DNA of 64,000 nucleotides from Planctomycetota bacterium (lineage in GTDB: Bacteria > Planctomycetota > MHYJ01 > WSZJ01), in NCBI GenBank assembly GCA_038060895.1, contig JBBTCT010000001.1, forward strand, positions 224,001 through 288,000, given 5' to 3'. Below are positions 29,319 to 39,251 of the stretch, in pieces; positions within the stretch are counted from its first letter, which is position 1; every line of letters begins with the position of its first letter. The notes under the pieces are model-generated. The model saw only the letters and a program-made list of their open reading frames with translations. It had not been told where the DNA came from and did not search any database. The position numbers and the translations under genes were made by a program.

Positions 29319-30937
29319 TTTTTTCTTCCCGTGGGTTTGACCGCCTCCGTCCGGTACGGCTCCGAAAGCCCTTTCCACTCCCAGACGTCGCCTTCGTCCG
29401 ACGTGAATTTCGCGTCGAGCGTGTAGTTCCACTCGCTGTTGTTCTTGTCCTCAAGGACGACGATTTCGATCGCTTCGGCGTCCGGGTCGTACCCCATCTG
29501 GCCGGGCTTGGCGTTGGCAACCGTGACCTTGCGCGCGTCGGTGCTCCACGCGAACTTCTCGACCTTCATCTTGGTCACGACGTCCTTCTTCGCCGGCGCC
29601 TTGAAGGTCATCTCCAGCATCCCGCCCTGCGCGACGCGGGCGGTCTTTCCGGCCTTGTCCGTGAACTGAAGCGACAGCACCAGGAACGAGCCGCGGTACT
29701 TCGACTGCTTTCCCTCCCCGACCCAGTTCCCCTCGATCCAGCGCGAGCCGCGCACCGCCGTCGCCTGCGCAATCGACCGGATCTTCGGCTCCTCCGGCTT
29801 TTTCGGCTCAGGCACCTTCGGGTCCGGGACTTTCGGCGGATCTCCCGCGACCGGCCCGGGGTCCTTCGGGTCCGGATCCTTCGGCCCGGGCCCCCCATGC
29901 ACCGGGTCATACGGCGGTTCCGCAACCAGCGACTCGTCCTCTTCGTAGGACGCCGTGTATTTGTAGTCGTCAAACTCCGGCGGATTCTTCATCGTGCTTG
30001 CGAACCCGGCGGTTTCCTGGGGTCGAAGCGGCCGCTCCGGCGTGGTCATCAGCTCGCGGACCTGCGTCCCGCCCTTGAAGAGCATGACCTTGATGACGAC
30101 GTTGCGCACGCCGACCGCCTTGCCGTTGCGGACCCGGCCGGACACGCGGATCGAGCCGTCCTGCCGGTCCTCGAAGCGGAATCCCGCGGCCTCGACTTCG
30201 GTTTCGCCGCTGAACTCCCCCTCCGACAGGTTGCGCTCCTGCGTCGTCGATTCCTCGATGTCCGCGCGCACCTTGTCGAACTCCGGCACGCCCTTCACCT
30301 TCACCATCAGCGGAACTTCCTTCCCGAACTCGAACTTCTCCGCGAACGTCTGCGCCGCTTCACGCACGAGGTTGTGATCGGCGTCGTAGAACTTGAAGCG
30401 GATGCGGGCCATATCCGCGGGGAGCTCGCCCGCGTTTTTCACGGTGAGGGTCAGGGTGACGTCCTTGTCCATGCGCTCGGACTTCACCTTGTAGACCTCG
30501 AGGTAGGCGGTTCCCGGGATGGCGTCCTTGCGCTCGGGGACGGGGGGGTTGAAGAGGTCGCGGCCGATGAAGCGAGTCTTCACTTCTTTCCCGTTGAGGA
30601 AGTAGGCCGAATCGACGACGTAGTTCGTGAAGAAGGGGCACTTGGCGATTTCGAAGCTGACGGGCTTTTCGCCGCCGGGAGCGACCTGGTCGACATCGAC
30701 GGCGCGGGAGCGGGCGACCTCGCGGTCGCCTTCGTAGCAGATGAGGGCGATGCTGATGCCGGTGACCGGGCTGGAGCCCGTGTTCTTGACGCGCGAGTCC
30801 GCCCAGACTTTCTTTTCGAATCGGGTGCGGGCGATGGAGAACTCAGAGAACTGAAGCGGCGTCTCCTCCGCGCCTGCGGTGACCGCGGCGAGGAGGGCGA
30901 TGGCGAGGATGCGGGCGTGTTTCATGGGCTTGCTCAC
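29315..30937 (-). CDS. Secreted protein with repeated FxLYD-type Ig-like domains and a Pro/Lys-rich linker
   Basis: Signal peptide; three V(K/R)N.G...F/YD units (VKNTG, VKNAG..FKFYDAD, VRNG); PKDPDPKDP linker. Confidence 0.7.
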   Translation of the reverse strand: MSKPMKHARILAIALLAAVTAGAEETPLQFSEFSIARTRFEKKVWADSRVKNTGSSPVTGISIALICYEGDREVARSRAVDVDQVAPGGEKPVSFEIAKCPFFTNYVVDSAYFLNGKEVKTRFIGRDLFNPPVPERKDAIPGTAYLEVYKVKSERMDKDVTLTLTVKNAGELPADMARIRFKFYDADHNLVREAAQTFAEKFEFGKEVPLMVKVKGVPEFDKVRADIEESTTQERNLSEGEFSGETEVEAAGFRFEDRQDGSIRVSGRVRNGKAVGVRNVVIKVMLFKGGTQVRELMTTPERPLRPQETAGFASTMKNPPEFDDYKYTASYEEDESLVAEPPYDPVHGGPGPKDPDPKDPGPVAGDPPKVPDPKVPEPKKPEEPKIRSIAQATAVRGSRWIEGNWVGEGKQSKYRGSFLVLSLQFTDKAGKTARVAQGGMLEMTFKAPAKKDVVTKMKVEKFAWSTDARKVTVANAKPGQMGYDPDAEAIEIVVLEDKNNSEWNYTLDAKFTSDEGDVWEWKGLSEPYRTEAVKPTGRKK

Positions 30938-31049
30938 GATTGGTCCCCCGGGTCAGGACGGCGACGACGCGTGATCGTGACATTGTAATCGCCGGGCGGG
31001 GCGGAAGAATACGATCCTGGAAGAGGTTTTTCCGATGATCGCCGGACTT

Positions 31050-32285
31050 TCAGCGCCCCCCTGCCACCGGGCGGCGCGCCGGCGCGTCGTTATGTGCCCG
31101 CTCGACGTAATCCATGAGCATCGCGAACTGCTTGAAGAAATCGTGCTCGCGGACCTGCGCGGGGGACTTGAAGAAGCAGGCGAGGTGGCGAAGGGCCCCT
31201 GACTCGCCGCGGCGCGCGGCGAAATCGGTCATCCGGACGAGGTCCAGCACGAGAGGGGCGGCCAGCGCGGAATCGCACCCCTGCCAGGTGAACTGCATCG
31301 TCATCTTCGTGCCGAGAAAGCCCTCGAAGTGGATGAAGTTCCAGGCGGTCTTCCAATCGCCGAGCGACGGGCAGTAGTCGATGGAGACGTGCGAGTGGAG
31401 CGATTCGTCCTTCACGAGCTGCCGCAGGGCTTCTTCCTTGTCTTTCGTCTTCGAACGGTTCGCGCCCGGCTGTCGAAGCACGAGCCCGTCGCGGTTCCCG
31501 AGGATGTTGTGGGATTCCCATGAGAGGAGCCGCAGGTTGCGCGCGAGGAACATCGGGGCGAGCGCGGTCTTGACGAGGGTCTCGCCGGTCTTGCCGTCCT
31601 TGCCGGCGTGCGGGACGCCGCGGATCGTCGCGAGTTCTTCCATCGCGGGGATCGAGGCGCCGAAACTCGGCGTGAAGTTCACGTACGGGCATCCGAGATC
31701 GATGGCCGCGTATGCGTAGAGCACGGACGCGCACAGCAGTTTGCGCCGGTCCTCGACAATGAGCCGCGCGAAGTCCTTGAGCGAGCCGTATTCCTTCGGG
31801 GCGTCGTGGCCGGCCTCCGTGGAAGCCAGGTTCACGACGATCACGCGGTCGACCTTGTGCCGGTCCCGGAACGCCTTGATCTGCCGCTGGATCTCGGCCA
31901 CGACTTCGCTCGCGGTGCGGCCGTTCTCGATCCCGCCGTCCTTCGCCATCGACGTCACTTCTTCGCCGCAGTTCAGCGCACACCCCGGCGTCACGTCTCT
32001 CGAGATCTCCAGGAGCTCTTGACGCAGTGCGTCAATCAGTTCCCTCGTGACGATCCCGGGATCACGGCGCACTTCCTCCGCCGCCGCCACCATGTCCGTC
32101 CGCCGCACGTCGCAGCCGCCGAACACAATCTCGCCCATCGAGGCCAGGTCCAGCTCCTTCAGCCCCGGCAGCTCCGTCACCAGCCCGGTCCGCCCCACGA
32201 GCCCCTTCTTGATCCCCTCCGCCCCGCAGACCGCACAGGCGGAGACGCTTCCGTAGGCCCCGATGATCCAGACGCCGGTCTTCAT
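31050..32285 (-). CDS. ino1: myo-inositol-1-phosphate synthase
   Basis: VVNLASTE, YVNFTPS, GKDGKTGETLVK, NILGNRDG, DSALAAPLVLDL, FFKSP. Confidence 0.93.
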   Translation of the reverse strand: MKTGVWIIGAYGSVSACAVCGAEGIKKGLVGRTGLVTELPGLKELDLASMGEIVFGGCDVRRTDMVAAAEEVRRDPGIVTRELIDALRQELLEISRDVTPGCALNCGEEVTSMAKDGGIENGRTASEVVAEIQRQIKAFRDRHKVDRVIVVNLASTEAGHDAPKEYGSLKDFARLIVEDRRKLLCASVLYAYAAIDLGCPYVNFTPSFGASIPAMEELATIRGVPHAGKDGKTGETLVKTALAPMFLARNLRLLSWESHNILGNRDGLVLRQPGANRSKTKDKEEALRQLVKDESLHSHVSIDYCPSLGDWKTAWNFIHFEGFLGTKMTMQFTWQGCDSALAAPLVLDLVRMTDFAARRGESGALRHLACFFKSPAQVREHDFFKQFAMLMDYVERAHNDAPARRPVAGGR

Positions 32286-32294
32286 GTCCGCCTC

Positions 32295-33437
32295 CTACTT
32301 GACGTGATTGGCCGCCTTGTCGAGGGCCAGAAGCGCATACATCGTCGGGATCGTCGGGTTGTCCTCCATCCAGCGCTCAGAACCGATCCACGAGCCGTCG
32401 TCCTTCTGAAGCGACGCCAGCTTCGCGGTCAGTTCTTCCGCCCACTTGTGCGTCTCGCCGTCCGAATCCTTGATTTCAGACAGGCCGGCGGCGTCCAGTC
32501 CTGACGCGAAGGCGTTGAGGTAGTAGTAGTAGCCCTGCATCTTCATGCCGGGGTTCTCATCGAGCGTGTAGTGCTTCGAGATCCACGCCAGCGCCGCCTT
32601 GACGCGCGGGTCGTCCTTCGTGAGTCCGGCGTAGATCAGCGAGCGGTAGCCCTCGTAGGTCATGGAGCCGTACGAGCGGAAGCACTGCTTGCCGTTCGGC
32701 AGCGTCTCCTTCTCGGCCTTCGACTCGCCCGGCCGGTAGAAGAAGCCGCCGTCGTCGCCGACCACGAGCCCGAGCTTGTCGAACCCGGGACCGTCGTTCG
32801 ACTCGCTGCGGTTCTGGCAGCGCTGCACGAACGTCAGCGCCCGCTTGAACGCCTCGCTGTCTTTCGGCACGTCCGCCGCCGCCAGCGCTTCAAGCATGTA
32901 ACTCGTGTTCGACATGTCGCCGCGCGGCGCGTCCTTCTTCTCGTCGTACCCCGCGCCGCCGAAATTCGGGTCGTTCTTGTCCGCCTTCTGCGCACCGCCC
33001 TCCTGGTACTGGAACGCGATCATCCACTTCGTGGCCTTGTCGAGCGCTTCCTTGTATTTCGCCTTGTCCACCGTCGCAAGCGCCGTCGTGGCGATCGCCG
33101 TCTTGTAGTTGGTGAGCTTCGGCACCGCGCCTTCGTTGGCAATGGCGCCGTCGGCCGCCTGGTTCTTGAGCAGGTACGCGCACCCCTTGTCGATCACCTC
33201 GGCGTATTTCTTGCGCCCCTCCGCCGAACCCGCAAGCGCAGCGACGGCCAGACCCGTCATCGCCACGTCCGGCTTCTCCTGGAACGCCGCCGAAGTCCAG
33301 CTCCCGTCCGCCGCCTGCTTCGACGCCAGCCACGCCGCACCCTTGTCCCAGGTCTTCAGAAGATCCTCTTTCGGTCCGGCCTGCCCCGCAGAAACGACGA
33401 GCGCCAGGGCGATGCTTGTGAGAGCAAACCGTCTCAT
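32295..33437 (-). CDS. Secreted prenyltransferase/squalene-cyclase-repeat (alpha6/alpha6 barrel) protein
   Basis: Signal peptide; QW-like repeats WLASKQAADGSW, YLLKNQAADG, LQKDDGSW; DMSNT; SYGSMTY. Confidence 0.85.
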   Translation of the reverse strand: MRRFALTSIALALVVSAGQAGPKEDLLKTWDKGAAWLASKQAADGSWTSAAFQEKPDVAMTGLAVAALAGSAEGRKKYAEVIDKGCAYLLKNQAADGAIANEGAVPKLTNYKTAIATTALATVDKAKYKEALDKATKWMIAFQYQEGGAQKADKNDPNFGGAGYDEKKDAPRGDMSNTSYMLEALAAADVPKDSEAFKRALTFVQRCQNRSESNDGPGFDKLGLVVGDDGGFFYRPGESKAEKETLPNGKQCFRSYGSMTYEGYRSLIYAGLTKDDPRVKAALAWISKHYTLDENPGMKMQGYYYYLNAFASGLDAAGLSEIKDSDGETHKWAEELTAKLASLQKDDGSWIGSERWMEDNPTIPTMYALLALDKAANHVK

Positions 33438-34423
33438 TTCCGATCCTCCGAGAAGTAGTGGGTGACCGCGGAATCGTAGTCCGCCGGCCAGGTCGCCTGC
33501 AGAAGAGCGCGCGGATCCGCGGGGGCAATGGCCGCGATCGCAGGAGAGGCAGTATCGGGGAGGGCGCGAAAGTTGTCGAGGGCGCCCTCGCCGGCGTTCA
33601 CGGCAGGGGCACCGCCGGGAATGCCGGTTGCCGCGCCGTCGGCCGCGGCCTCCGTCAGGAGGGCGCTTCCGGCGGCGAGACGATCCGCGAGTCGCTCGAG
33701 AGCACGGGCGGCTTCGGGGTCCGAAGTGCGAAGCGAGGCGATCACGGCTCGGAGCCGCGCGGCCTCGCGGGCGAATTCCGCGGCGGCCTTTCCAGGGTCC
33801 GATCCGCCGTCCGCATGGGCCAGCGCCTCGGCGCTCCGGGCCGCCGCCTCGGCGTCCGCCGAACCCGACTTTGCGGCTGCCGCCACCGCTTCGGCGGCGC
33901 TGCGGGCGAGACGTTCGCGCTCCTCGCTGACCATTCTCGGGCCACGCGTCTCGCGTGTCGCGGAGGCAGGTTGCGCGGGAGCGGCGAGGGCGAAGAGGGC
34001 GAGGGCGGCCGCGGCAAGGGCGGCCAGCGCGTCGCGCCGCCGGAACGTCCATGGGAAAAGGGCGGGACGCAGGGAAGCGACGCCGTCGGACACGATCCGA
34101 GAGGCGATTTCACCCCTGTCCTTGTGCGCCGCGACTTCCCACGCAGTGGCGAGGCGATCCCCGGCGCCGACGGAGCGGTCCAGCGCGACGGCCGCTTCCG
34201 CCAGCGTGACGCGCGTCAGCGCTCCCCAGGCGGCCCCGGCCGAAGCGCCGGCCACGACGGCGAGAAGGGCGGGCCAGCCGGGTGCGCCAGCCCACGCGGC
34301 GGCGGCCAGGCCGGCGGCGGGCACGGAAGCGAGCGCCGCCCCGGCCACGGCCCGGCGCGCCGAGAGCCGGCCGTGAAGCCGGTCCCTCGCATCGCCCACC
34401 GCCCGCCGGAGCTTCGCGTTCAT
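33434..34423 (-). CDS. Ala-rich membrane protein
   Basis: TM segments, AAVALDR..GDRLATAWE motif, C-terminal YDSAVTHYF; ATGA-coupled. Confidence 0.7.
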   Translation of the reverse strand: MNAKLRRAVGDARDRLHGRLSARRAVAGAALASVPAAGLAAAAWAGAPGWPALLAVVAGASAGAAWGALTRVTLAEAAVALDRSVGAGDRLATAWEVAAHKDRGEIASRIVSDGVASLRPALFPWTFRRRDALAALAAAALALFALAAPAQPASATRETRGPRMVSEERERLARSAAEAVAAAAKSGSADAEAAARSAEALAHADGGSDPGKAAAEFAREAARLRAVIASLRTSDPEAARALERLADRLAAGSALLTEAAADGAATGIPGGAPAVNAGEGALDNFRALPDTASPAIAAIAPADPRALLQATWPADYDSAVTHYFSEDRK

Positions 34424-35298
34424 TTATCTTCGCCGGCTTTCGGGCCGCCGTTGTCCGGCACCGGCTCTGCGCCCTTCTGGTCCGGCGCCGTCTCCTCGAT
34501 GTCCTTCCACTCCTTTTCGATGTTTTTCGTGTATTCCTTGTCCGCATCCGCCTCGATCGTCGCCATCTCCTTCAGCGCCGCTTCGTCCGGAACTTCGATC
34601 GCCATGATGATCCTGGTCCCGCGCGGCGGGAGGAGGTCGAGGTTCGGATGGAGCATGCGGTCGTCGCCGCCCGAGACGAGCGGGTTGTCGAGGACGGAGG
34701 TGGGGTCATGGAGCGTCGCGATCAGCGTGCGCTCGCGATTCGCCATGTAGATCGTCTCGCCGGTTTTCTCGTTTGTGTCCGGGTCGATGCGTTCCCACAC
34801 CATGCTCCCCGCGAACGTCCACCCGACGCGCGGCATCGTCCGCTTCGCGGCCGGCGGCCCGTACGTGAGCAGGTCCTCAGCGCGCACGCGGTGCTTCTTG
34901 CTGTCGATCTCCCACTCGATCCAGATCACGACCTTGTCGCCGACCGGCTTGGCGGGGTCGCCCAGTCCACGGGGGCCCTTCTGGTCCGGGAAGTCCGACT
35001 GCTGCTTGAGCCCGAAAATCAGAAGCGCGAAGTGGACGTCCTGGGGCACGCATTGAAGCGAGAGGACGGCCTCGTGTTCCTTGCCGTTGGTGGCGCAGGC
35101 GAAAAGCTCGATGGGAGCGCGCGTCGGGTAAACCGCGACGCCGTCGATTTCGATGCGCTTCTTCTTGGGGTAGGCGCGCCCGCCTCCAGGGAACTTGATA
35201 ACCTTTTCCTCTTCCGGCTTCGGCTCGGGTTTGGGCTCTTCGGCGGAAGAGCAGGCAGCGAGGGTGGCGACGAGGGCGACGGTGAGGAGGTGCTTCAT
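34420..35298 (-). CDS. YdjY-domain lipoprotein
   Basis: Lipobox LAAC; IELFAC..GKEHEAVL, VHFALLIFG, WTFAGS, LPPRGT. Confidence 0.8.
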   Translation of the reverse strand: MKHLLTVALVATLAACSSAEEPKPEPKPEEEKVIKFPGGGRAYPKKKRIEIDGVAVYPTRAPIELFACATNGKEHEAVLSLQCVPQDVHFALLIFGLKQQSDFPDQKGPRGLGDPAKPVGDKVVIWIEWEIDSKKHRVRAEDLLTYGPPAAKRTMPRVGWTFAGSMVWERIDPDTNEKTGETIYMANRERTLIATLHDPTSVLDNPLVSGGDDRMLHPNLDLLPPRGTRIIMAIEVPDEAALKEMATIEADADKEYTKNIEKEWKDIEETAPDQKGAEPVPDNGGPKAGEDK

Positions 35299-35480
35299 GG
35301 GAAGGATTTCTCCGAGGGTATTCTTCGGAACGTTATGGCGGAGACAGAGTTCAGCGGTAAGAGGTAGCAACGGGCGGACCCAACGCATGACGGCTGTCGG
35401 GATGTAATCCTATGGTACACCTGTACTTAAGAGTATATCAAAACGACATAGTCTAAATGAAACGACAAATTGGCCACTTT

Positions 35481-36104
35481 TTAATCACCTGGTTCCCCAC
35501 GCGCCACCTGACGCCTGAAGAGCGCCTGATCCTCCCCCATCTGCATCAGCACCTTTCCGACCACGAAGTCCACAAGATCTCCGACGGTCTTGGGCAAATG
35601 GTAGAACCCCGGCATCGCCGGAAGCACGCAGGCCCCTGCCCGCGCAACGCGCGCCATGTTCTCCATCCCGATCAGCGACAGCGGCGTCTCCCGCGCGACG
35701 AGGATCAGGTTTCGCCGCTCCTTCAGCTGCACGTCCGCCGCGCGTTCGATCAGGTTCGCACCTGTCCCCGCCGCGATCCGCCCCAGGGTCCCCATGCTGC
35801 ACGGGATCACCACCATCGCATCCACCACGTACGACCCGCTCGCGATCCCGGCGCCGATATTGTCGAGCGCTTCGTATCGGAAATTTGACGGCTCCTTGCC
35901 GATCAGCCCGCGCATCACGCTGCGACCATCGGAGATATCGACTGTCTCGCCGAGTTCCTCCCGCACCACCCGCGCGCCGGCCGCGCTCATCAACAAATGC
36001 ACGCGCGCGTCCTTTCGCTTCGCCAGCACCTGGCAGAGACGGCGCGCATAGAGCGCGCCGCTGGCGCCGGTCACGGCGACCGTGAAGGCCTTCTTCTTGC
36101 TCAT
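35481..36104 (-). CDS. ubiX: Flavin prenyltransferase UbiX
   Basis: VAVTGASGALY, IASGS, PCSMGTL, RAADVQLKERR, RETPL, PAMPGFYH. Confidence 0.95.
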   Translation of the reverse strand: MSKKKAFTVAVTGASGALYARRLCQVLAKRKDARVHLLMSAAGARVVREELGETVDISDGRSVMRGLIGKEPSNFRYEALDNIGAGIASGSYVVDAMVVIPCSMGTLGRIAAGTGANLIERAADVQLKERRNLILVARETPLSLIGMENMARVARAGACVLPAMPGFYHLPKTVGDLVDFVVGKVLMQMGEDQALFRRQVARGEPGD

Positions 36105-36124
36105 GGCTTTTCTTTTCTCTGACT

Positions 36125-36241
36125 GAGCGGGAGAAAGACGTCCGCGTGACTCGTGCGAGACGGGCCCTTGAGAGAATCGCCTCTCGCAAAACCACCAGCC
36201 GGCCCGGCTCGCATGAGTCGCCGGACGTCTTTCTCCCGCTC
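36125..36241. repeat. Long intergenic palindrome
   Basis: Perfect 20-bp arms gagcgggagaaagacgtccg / cggacgtctttctcccgctc; inner gactcgtgcgag/ctcgcatgagtc. Confidence 0.85.
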
Positions 36242-36243
36242 GC

Positions 36244-37197
36244 TCACTCCATGGCTTCCAGGTCATCAAGGGGCACGCACGGCGCCCCGAGCAGCTGCTC
36301 GCCCACACCCGCCGCCAGCACCCCCGGCCGCGGCACCGGCCCCGCCGCCTGGTGCACGAACCACCGCGTGTACCGGTCGAATTCCGCTTCGTCGTCGAAG
36401 ATGATCTCGTGCAGCTCCGCCCCGGCCAGGAAGTCCTTCGATATCTTCGTCAGGAGCGCATGCGGCAGGCGCGCGAAGAAGTCGTTCGCGAGAATCCGGA
36501 AATTGTCCATCGACGTCTTCCGCGCCCGCGCGCCGAGCCCGTCATAGCAGAATTCGTGGCGCGCAATCCGGTACCGCTTCAGCGGCTCAAACGACCACAG
36601 CTCGATGACTCCCCTCGTCTGGTCCCGGTAGAGCGCGTCCAGCTCCTTCTTCTCCAGCTTCGGCTTCGTCCGCGCGCGCTCCTTCACGTCCGTCGCTTCA
36701 CGCTGGTCCCTGCGAAGCGCCCGCGACGCGAGCTTCCGGCGCACTTCGTCCTTCACTTCCGGGTCGTCAATGGCCCAGATCGGCGGGAGTTCCTTGAATC
36801 CGGAACTCGTCAGGAATTCTTCGTACTGGGGTGTTGCGACGATGCCGATGGACATGAAGTGGATTGCTTTCCACGGGATCGGGTCAGCCGTGCGCAGATG
36901 GCTGGTGTGAGCCTGAAAGGCATTCTCCTGGAGCTGTCCGCCGATGACGGAACGGGGCCGGGGGGGCTTCGCCAGCTCGGCCTGCGGCACGACCTCGGCC
37001 TCGATCCCGAGCTTGTTCAGCAGTTCGGCGACTGTCTTCGCACGCGCGTCGTCGAGGTGTTCCTGGAACACGCCGCGCGCCTTGCGCACCACGAGCCTCA
37101 CGTCGTTCAGCGTGAGCCCCTGCGCATCGGCGAGCGGCCGCGCCACCGAGGGCACGTCGAGGCGGACGTCCTTTTTGAGAATCACCGCGCTTGGCAT
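36244..37197 (-). CDS. Hypothetical cytoplasmic protein
   Basis: 317-aa ORF with coding-like composition; TACAAT 9 nt upstream. Confidence 0.75.
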   Translation of the reverse strand: MPSAVILKKDVRLDVPSVARPLADAQGLTLNDVRLVVRKARGVFQEHLDDARAKTVAELLNKLGIEAEVVPQAELAKPPRPRSVIGGQLQENAFQAHTSHLRTADPIPWKAIHFMSIGIVATPQYEEFLTSSGFKELPPIWAIDDPEVKDEVRRKLASRALRRDQREATDVKERARTKPKLEKKELDALYRDQTRGVIELWSFEPLKRYRIARHEFCYDGLGARARKTSMDNFRILANDFFARLPHALLTKISKDFLAGAELHEIIFDDEAEFDRYTRWFVHQAAGPVPRPGVLAAGVGEQLLGAPCVPLDDLEAME

Positions 37198-37254
37198 CGT
37201 CCCGCGATTGTATGAACCCGGCTATGACGTTGCCAGCAGCCGGCGAACAAGGCG

Positions 37255-38295
37255 TCACTTCACGTTCAGTTTCTCTTCCAGCATGCGGTCGTTCCCGGCG
37301 CGCACCACGTTGCCGTCGGGATCAATCAGCACCATCACCGGCAGCGTCTCGATCCCCCACGCCTTCCACGTCTCCCCCGTCGAGTCGAGCAGCACGGGGA
37401 ACGGAGGATCTTCGCCCCCCCACGGTCCCGCCTTCACCTTCGCGATCTTCGCGTCGTACTCCGCCCACGTCTTCGCCGTCGGGTCGTGCAGCGCGAGAAT
37501 CGCGAACTTCGAAACGTCGTCCTTGCGCCGCGCGAGCAGGTCCTTGAGCCTCGGGAAGATCACACGCGTCGCGTCGTCCATCGCCGAGCCCCAGAACACC
37601 ACGAGCACCCACTTCCCCTTGAGATCCGTCAGCTTGACCCCCGCCTCTGTCCCCCGCGCCGAGGTGGCGGCAAACGCGGGCGGCGCCTTCCCCCACGCCT
37701 TCGCAATCGCCGTCGGCTCCAGCTCCAGCGTTCCCAGATCCACCGGCTTGCCGCCGTCTTCAACTTTGAACGGTTTCCTGAACTCGCGCGCGTCGTAGGC
37801 CACCGCCAGGGCTTCGAACTCCCCCGGGGGAAGCGGAACCGTGAACTTGTCGTCCTTCAGCGTCATCCGCACCACGCGCGCCCCCGATGGCCGGGCCTCG
37901 ACAATGATCGTGGTCGTGCCGAGCGACGGCCCGATCGTCGGGCAAGCGAGCACTCCAGAAACTTCGGCCAGCGGCGCCATCTTCAGGTCGATCTTCAGCG
38001 GATTCGTGATGTCCTTCTCTTCCAGCACCACCATCGCCCCGTTCTTTCGCGCCGCGTCCATCGCCACGAGCGCCATCGGGCGCTTGATCCAGAAGATCTC
38101 GTTCGCGTACCCCCCGTCGGCTCCGGGCTTCCAGGTCTGAAGCGGGAGCAGCTTGCCTCCGCGGTTGTTCCACTCGGCGCCGAAATCTGCCCCGGGCGAA
38201 GGCTTGCCGTCCGGACCTGTGATCGTCCCGCTGATGTGGACACCGTCGGCGGCGGCTGAGGTTGCAAGAAGGGCGAGGACCAGCAGGTTTCTCAT
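37255..38295 (-). CDS. Secreted protein with beta-sandwich N-terminus and TlpA-like thioredoxin fold lacking CxxC
   Basis: Signal peptide; KLTDLKGKWVLVVFWG, FPVLLD, WGIETLPVMVLIDPDG. Confidence 0.8.
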   Translation of the reverse strand: MRNLLVLALLATSAAADGVHISGTITGPDGKPSPGADFGAEWNNRGGKLLPLQTWKPGADGGYANEIFWIKRPMALVAMDAARKNGAMVVLEEKDITNPLKIDLKMAPLAEVSGVLACPTIGPSLGTTTIIVEARPSGARVVRMTLKDDKFTVPLPPGEFEALAVAYDAREFRKPFKVEDGGKPVDLGTLELEPTAIAKAWGKAPPAFAATSARGTEAGVKLTDLKGKWVLVVFWGSAMDDATRVIFPRLKDLLARRKDDVSKFAILALHDPTAKTWAEYDAKIAKVKAGPWGGEDPPFPVLLDSTGETWKAWGIETLPVMVLIDPDGNVVRAGNDRMLEEKLNVK

Positions 38296-38393
38296 GACTC
38301 CTCATTGAACCTTGCCCGCGGCGGCTTCGACCGGATAATCGTCGCCGGACAGATCCTCGATCACCGCCGGCGCGTAGTTCAGGCATCGCTTTC

Positions 38394-39251
38394 ATGGCCC
38401 AGATCACCCTCGAGCAACCGGCCGTTCGCGCGGCCGGGCCGCGCCCGAAGAACCGCGCCCCGCGGCTCACGGTGATGTCGGCTCTGTTCTTCGGCATGCA
38501 CGCAGCCGCAATCGTCGCCGTGTTCTTCGTGCCGTTTGCCTGGAAGTGGGTCGGGCTCGCCGTCGCGACCTATTCGGTGCGGATGTTCGCGATCACGGCG
38601 GGATTTCACCGGTACTTCAGCCATCGCACGTACCGCCTCGGGCGCGTTTCGCAGTTCCTGATGGCGTTCCTCGCGGAGACGTCGGCGCAGAAGGGCGTGC
38701 TCTGGTGGGCTGCGAACCACCGCGAGCACCACCGGCATTCGGACGAGGTCGAAGACCACCATTCGCCGCTGCTCGACGGGTTCTGGTGGTCGCACGTCGG
38801 GTGGATCCTGTCGGACGAATACGACGACGTGGACGAGACCGTGGTCGCGGACCTCGCGAAGTATCCCGAGATCCGCTTCATCAGCCGCCACCACTGGATC
38901 CCTCCGTTCGTCCTCGGGACGGGCCTCTACCTCGCCGGCGGCTGGCCCGCGTTCATCTGGGGATTCCTCGTCTCGACGGTCGTGCTGTACCACTGCACCT
39001 TCACGATCAACTCTCTCGCGCACCTCTTCGGCTCGCGCCGCTACCCGACCGCCGACGGCAGCCGGAACAACTGGCTGCTGGCGCTCATCACGTTCGGCGA
39101 AGGCTGGCACAACAACCACCATCACTATCAGTACGCCTGCCGCCAGGGCGTGAAGTGGTGGGAGTACGATCTGACGTTTTACGTGCTGAAGATGCTCTCC
39201 TTCGCCGGGATCGTGCGCGACATGCGCCCCTGGCGACCGGCGGGCGAATGA
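38394..39251 (+). CDS. Delta-9-type acyl-CoA/lipid desaturase
   Basis: His boxes GFHRYFSH, HREHH, GEGWHNNHH. Confidence 0.95.
   Translation: MAQITLEQPAVRAAGPRPKNRAPRLTVMSALFFGMHAAAIVAVFFVPFAWKWVGLAVATYSVRMFAITAGFHRYFSHRTYRLGRVSQFLMAFLAETSAQKGVLWWAANHREHHRHSDEVEDHHSPLLDGFWWSHVGWILSDEYDDVDETVVADLAKYPEIRFISRHHWIPPFVLGTGLYLAGGWPAFIWGFLVSTVVLYHCTFTINSLAHLFGSRRYPTADGSRNNWLLALITFGEGWHNNHHHYQYACRQGVKWWEYDLTFYVLKMLSFAGIVRDMRPWRPAGE

Noticed and set aside
32295-33437. Squalene-hopene cyclase call
   Set aside because: Single barrel of about 380 aa with a signal peptide and no DXDD motif
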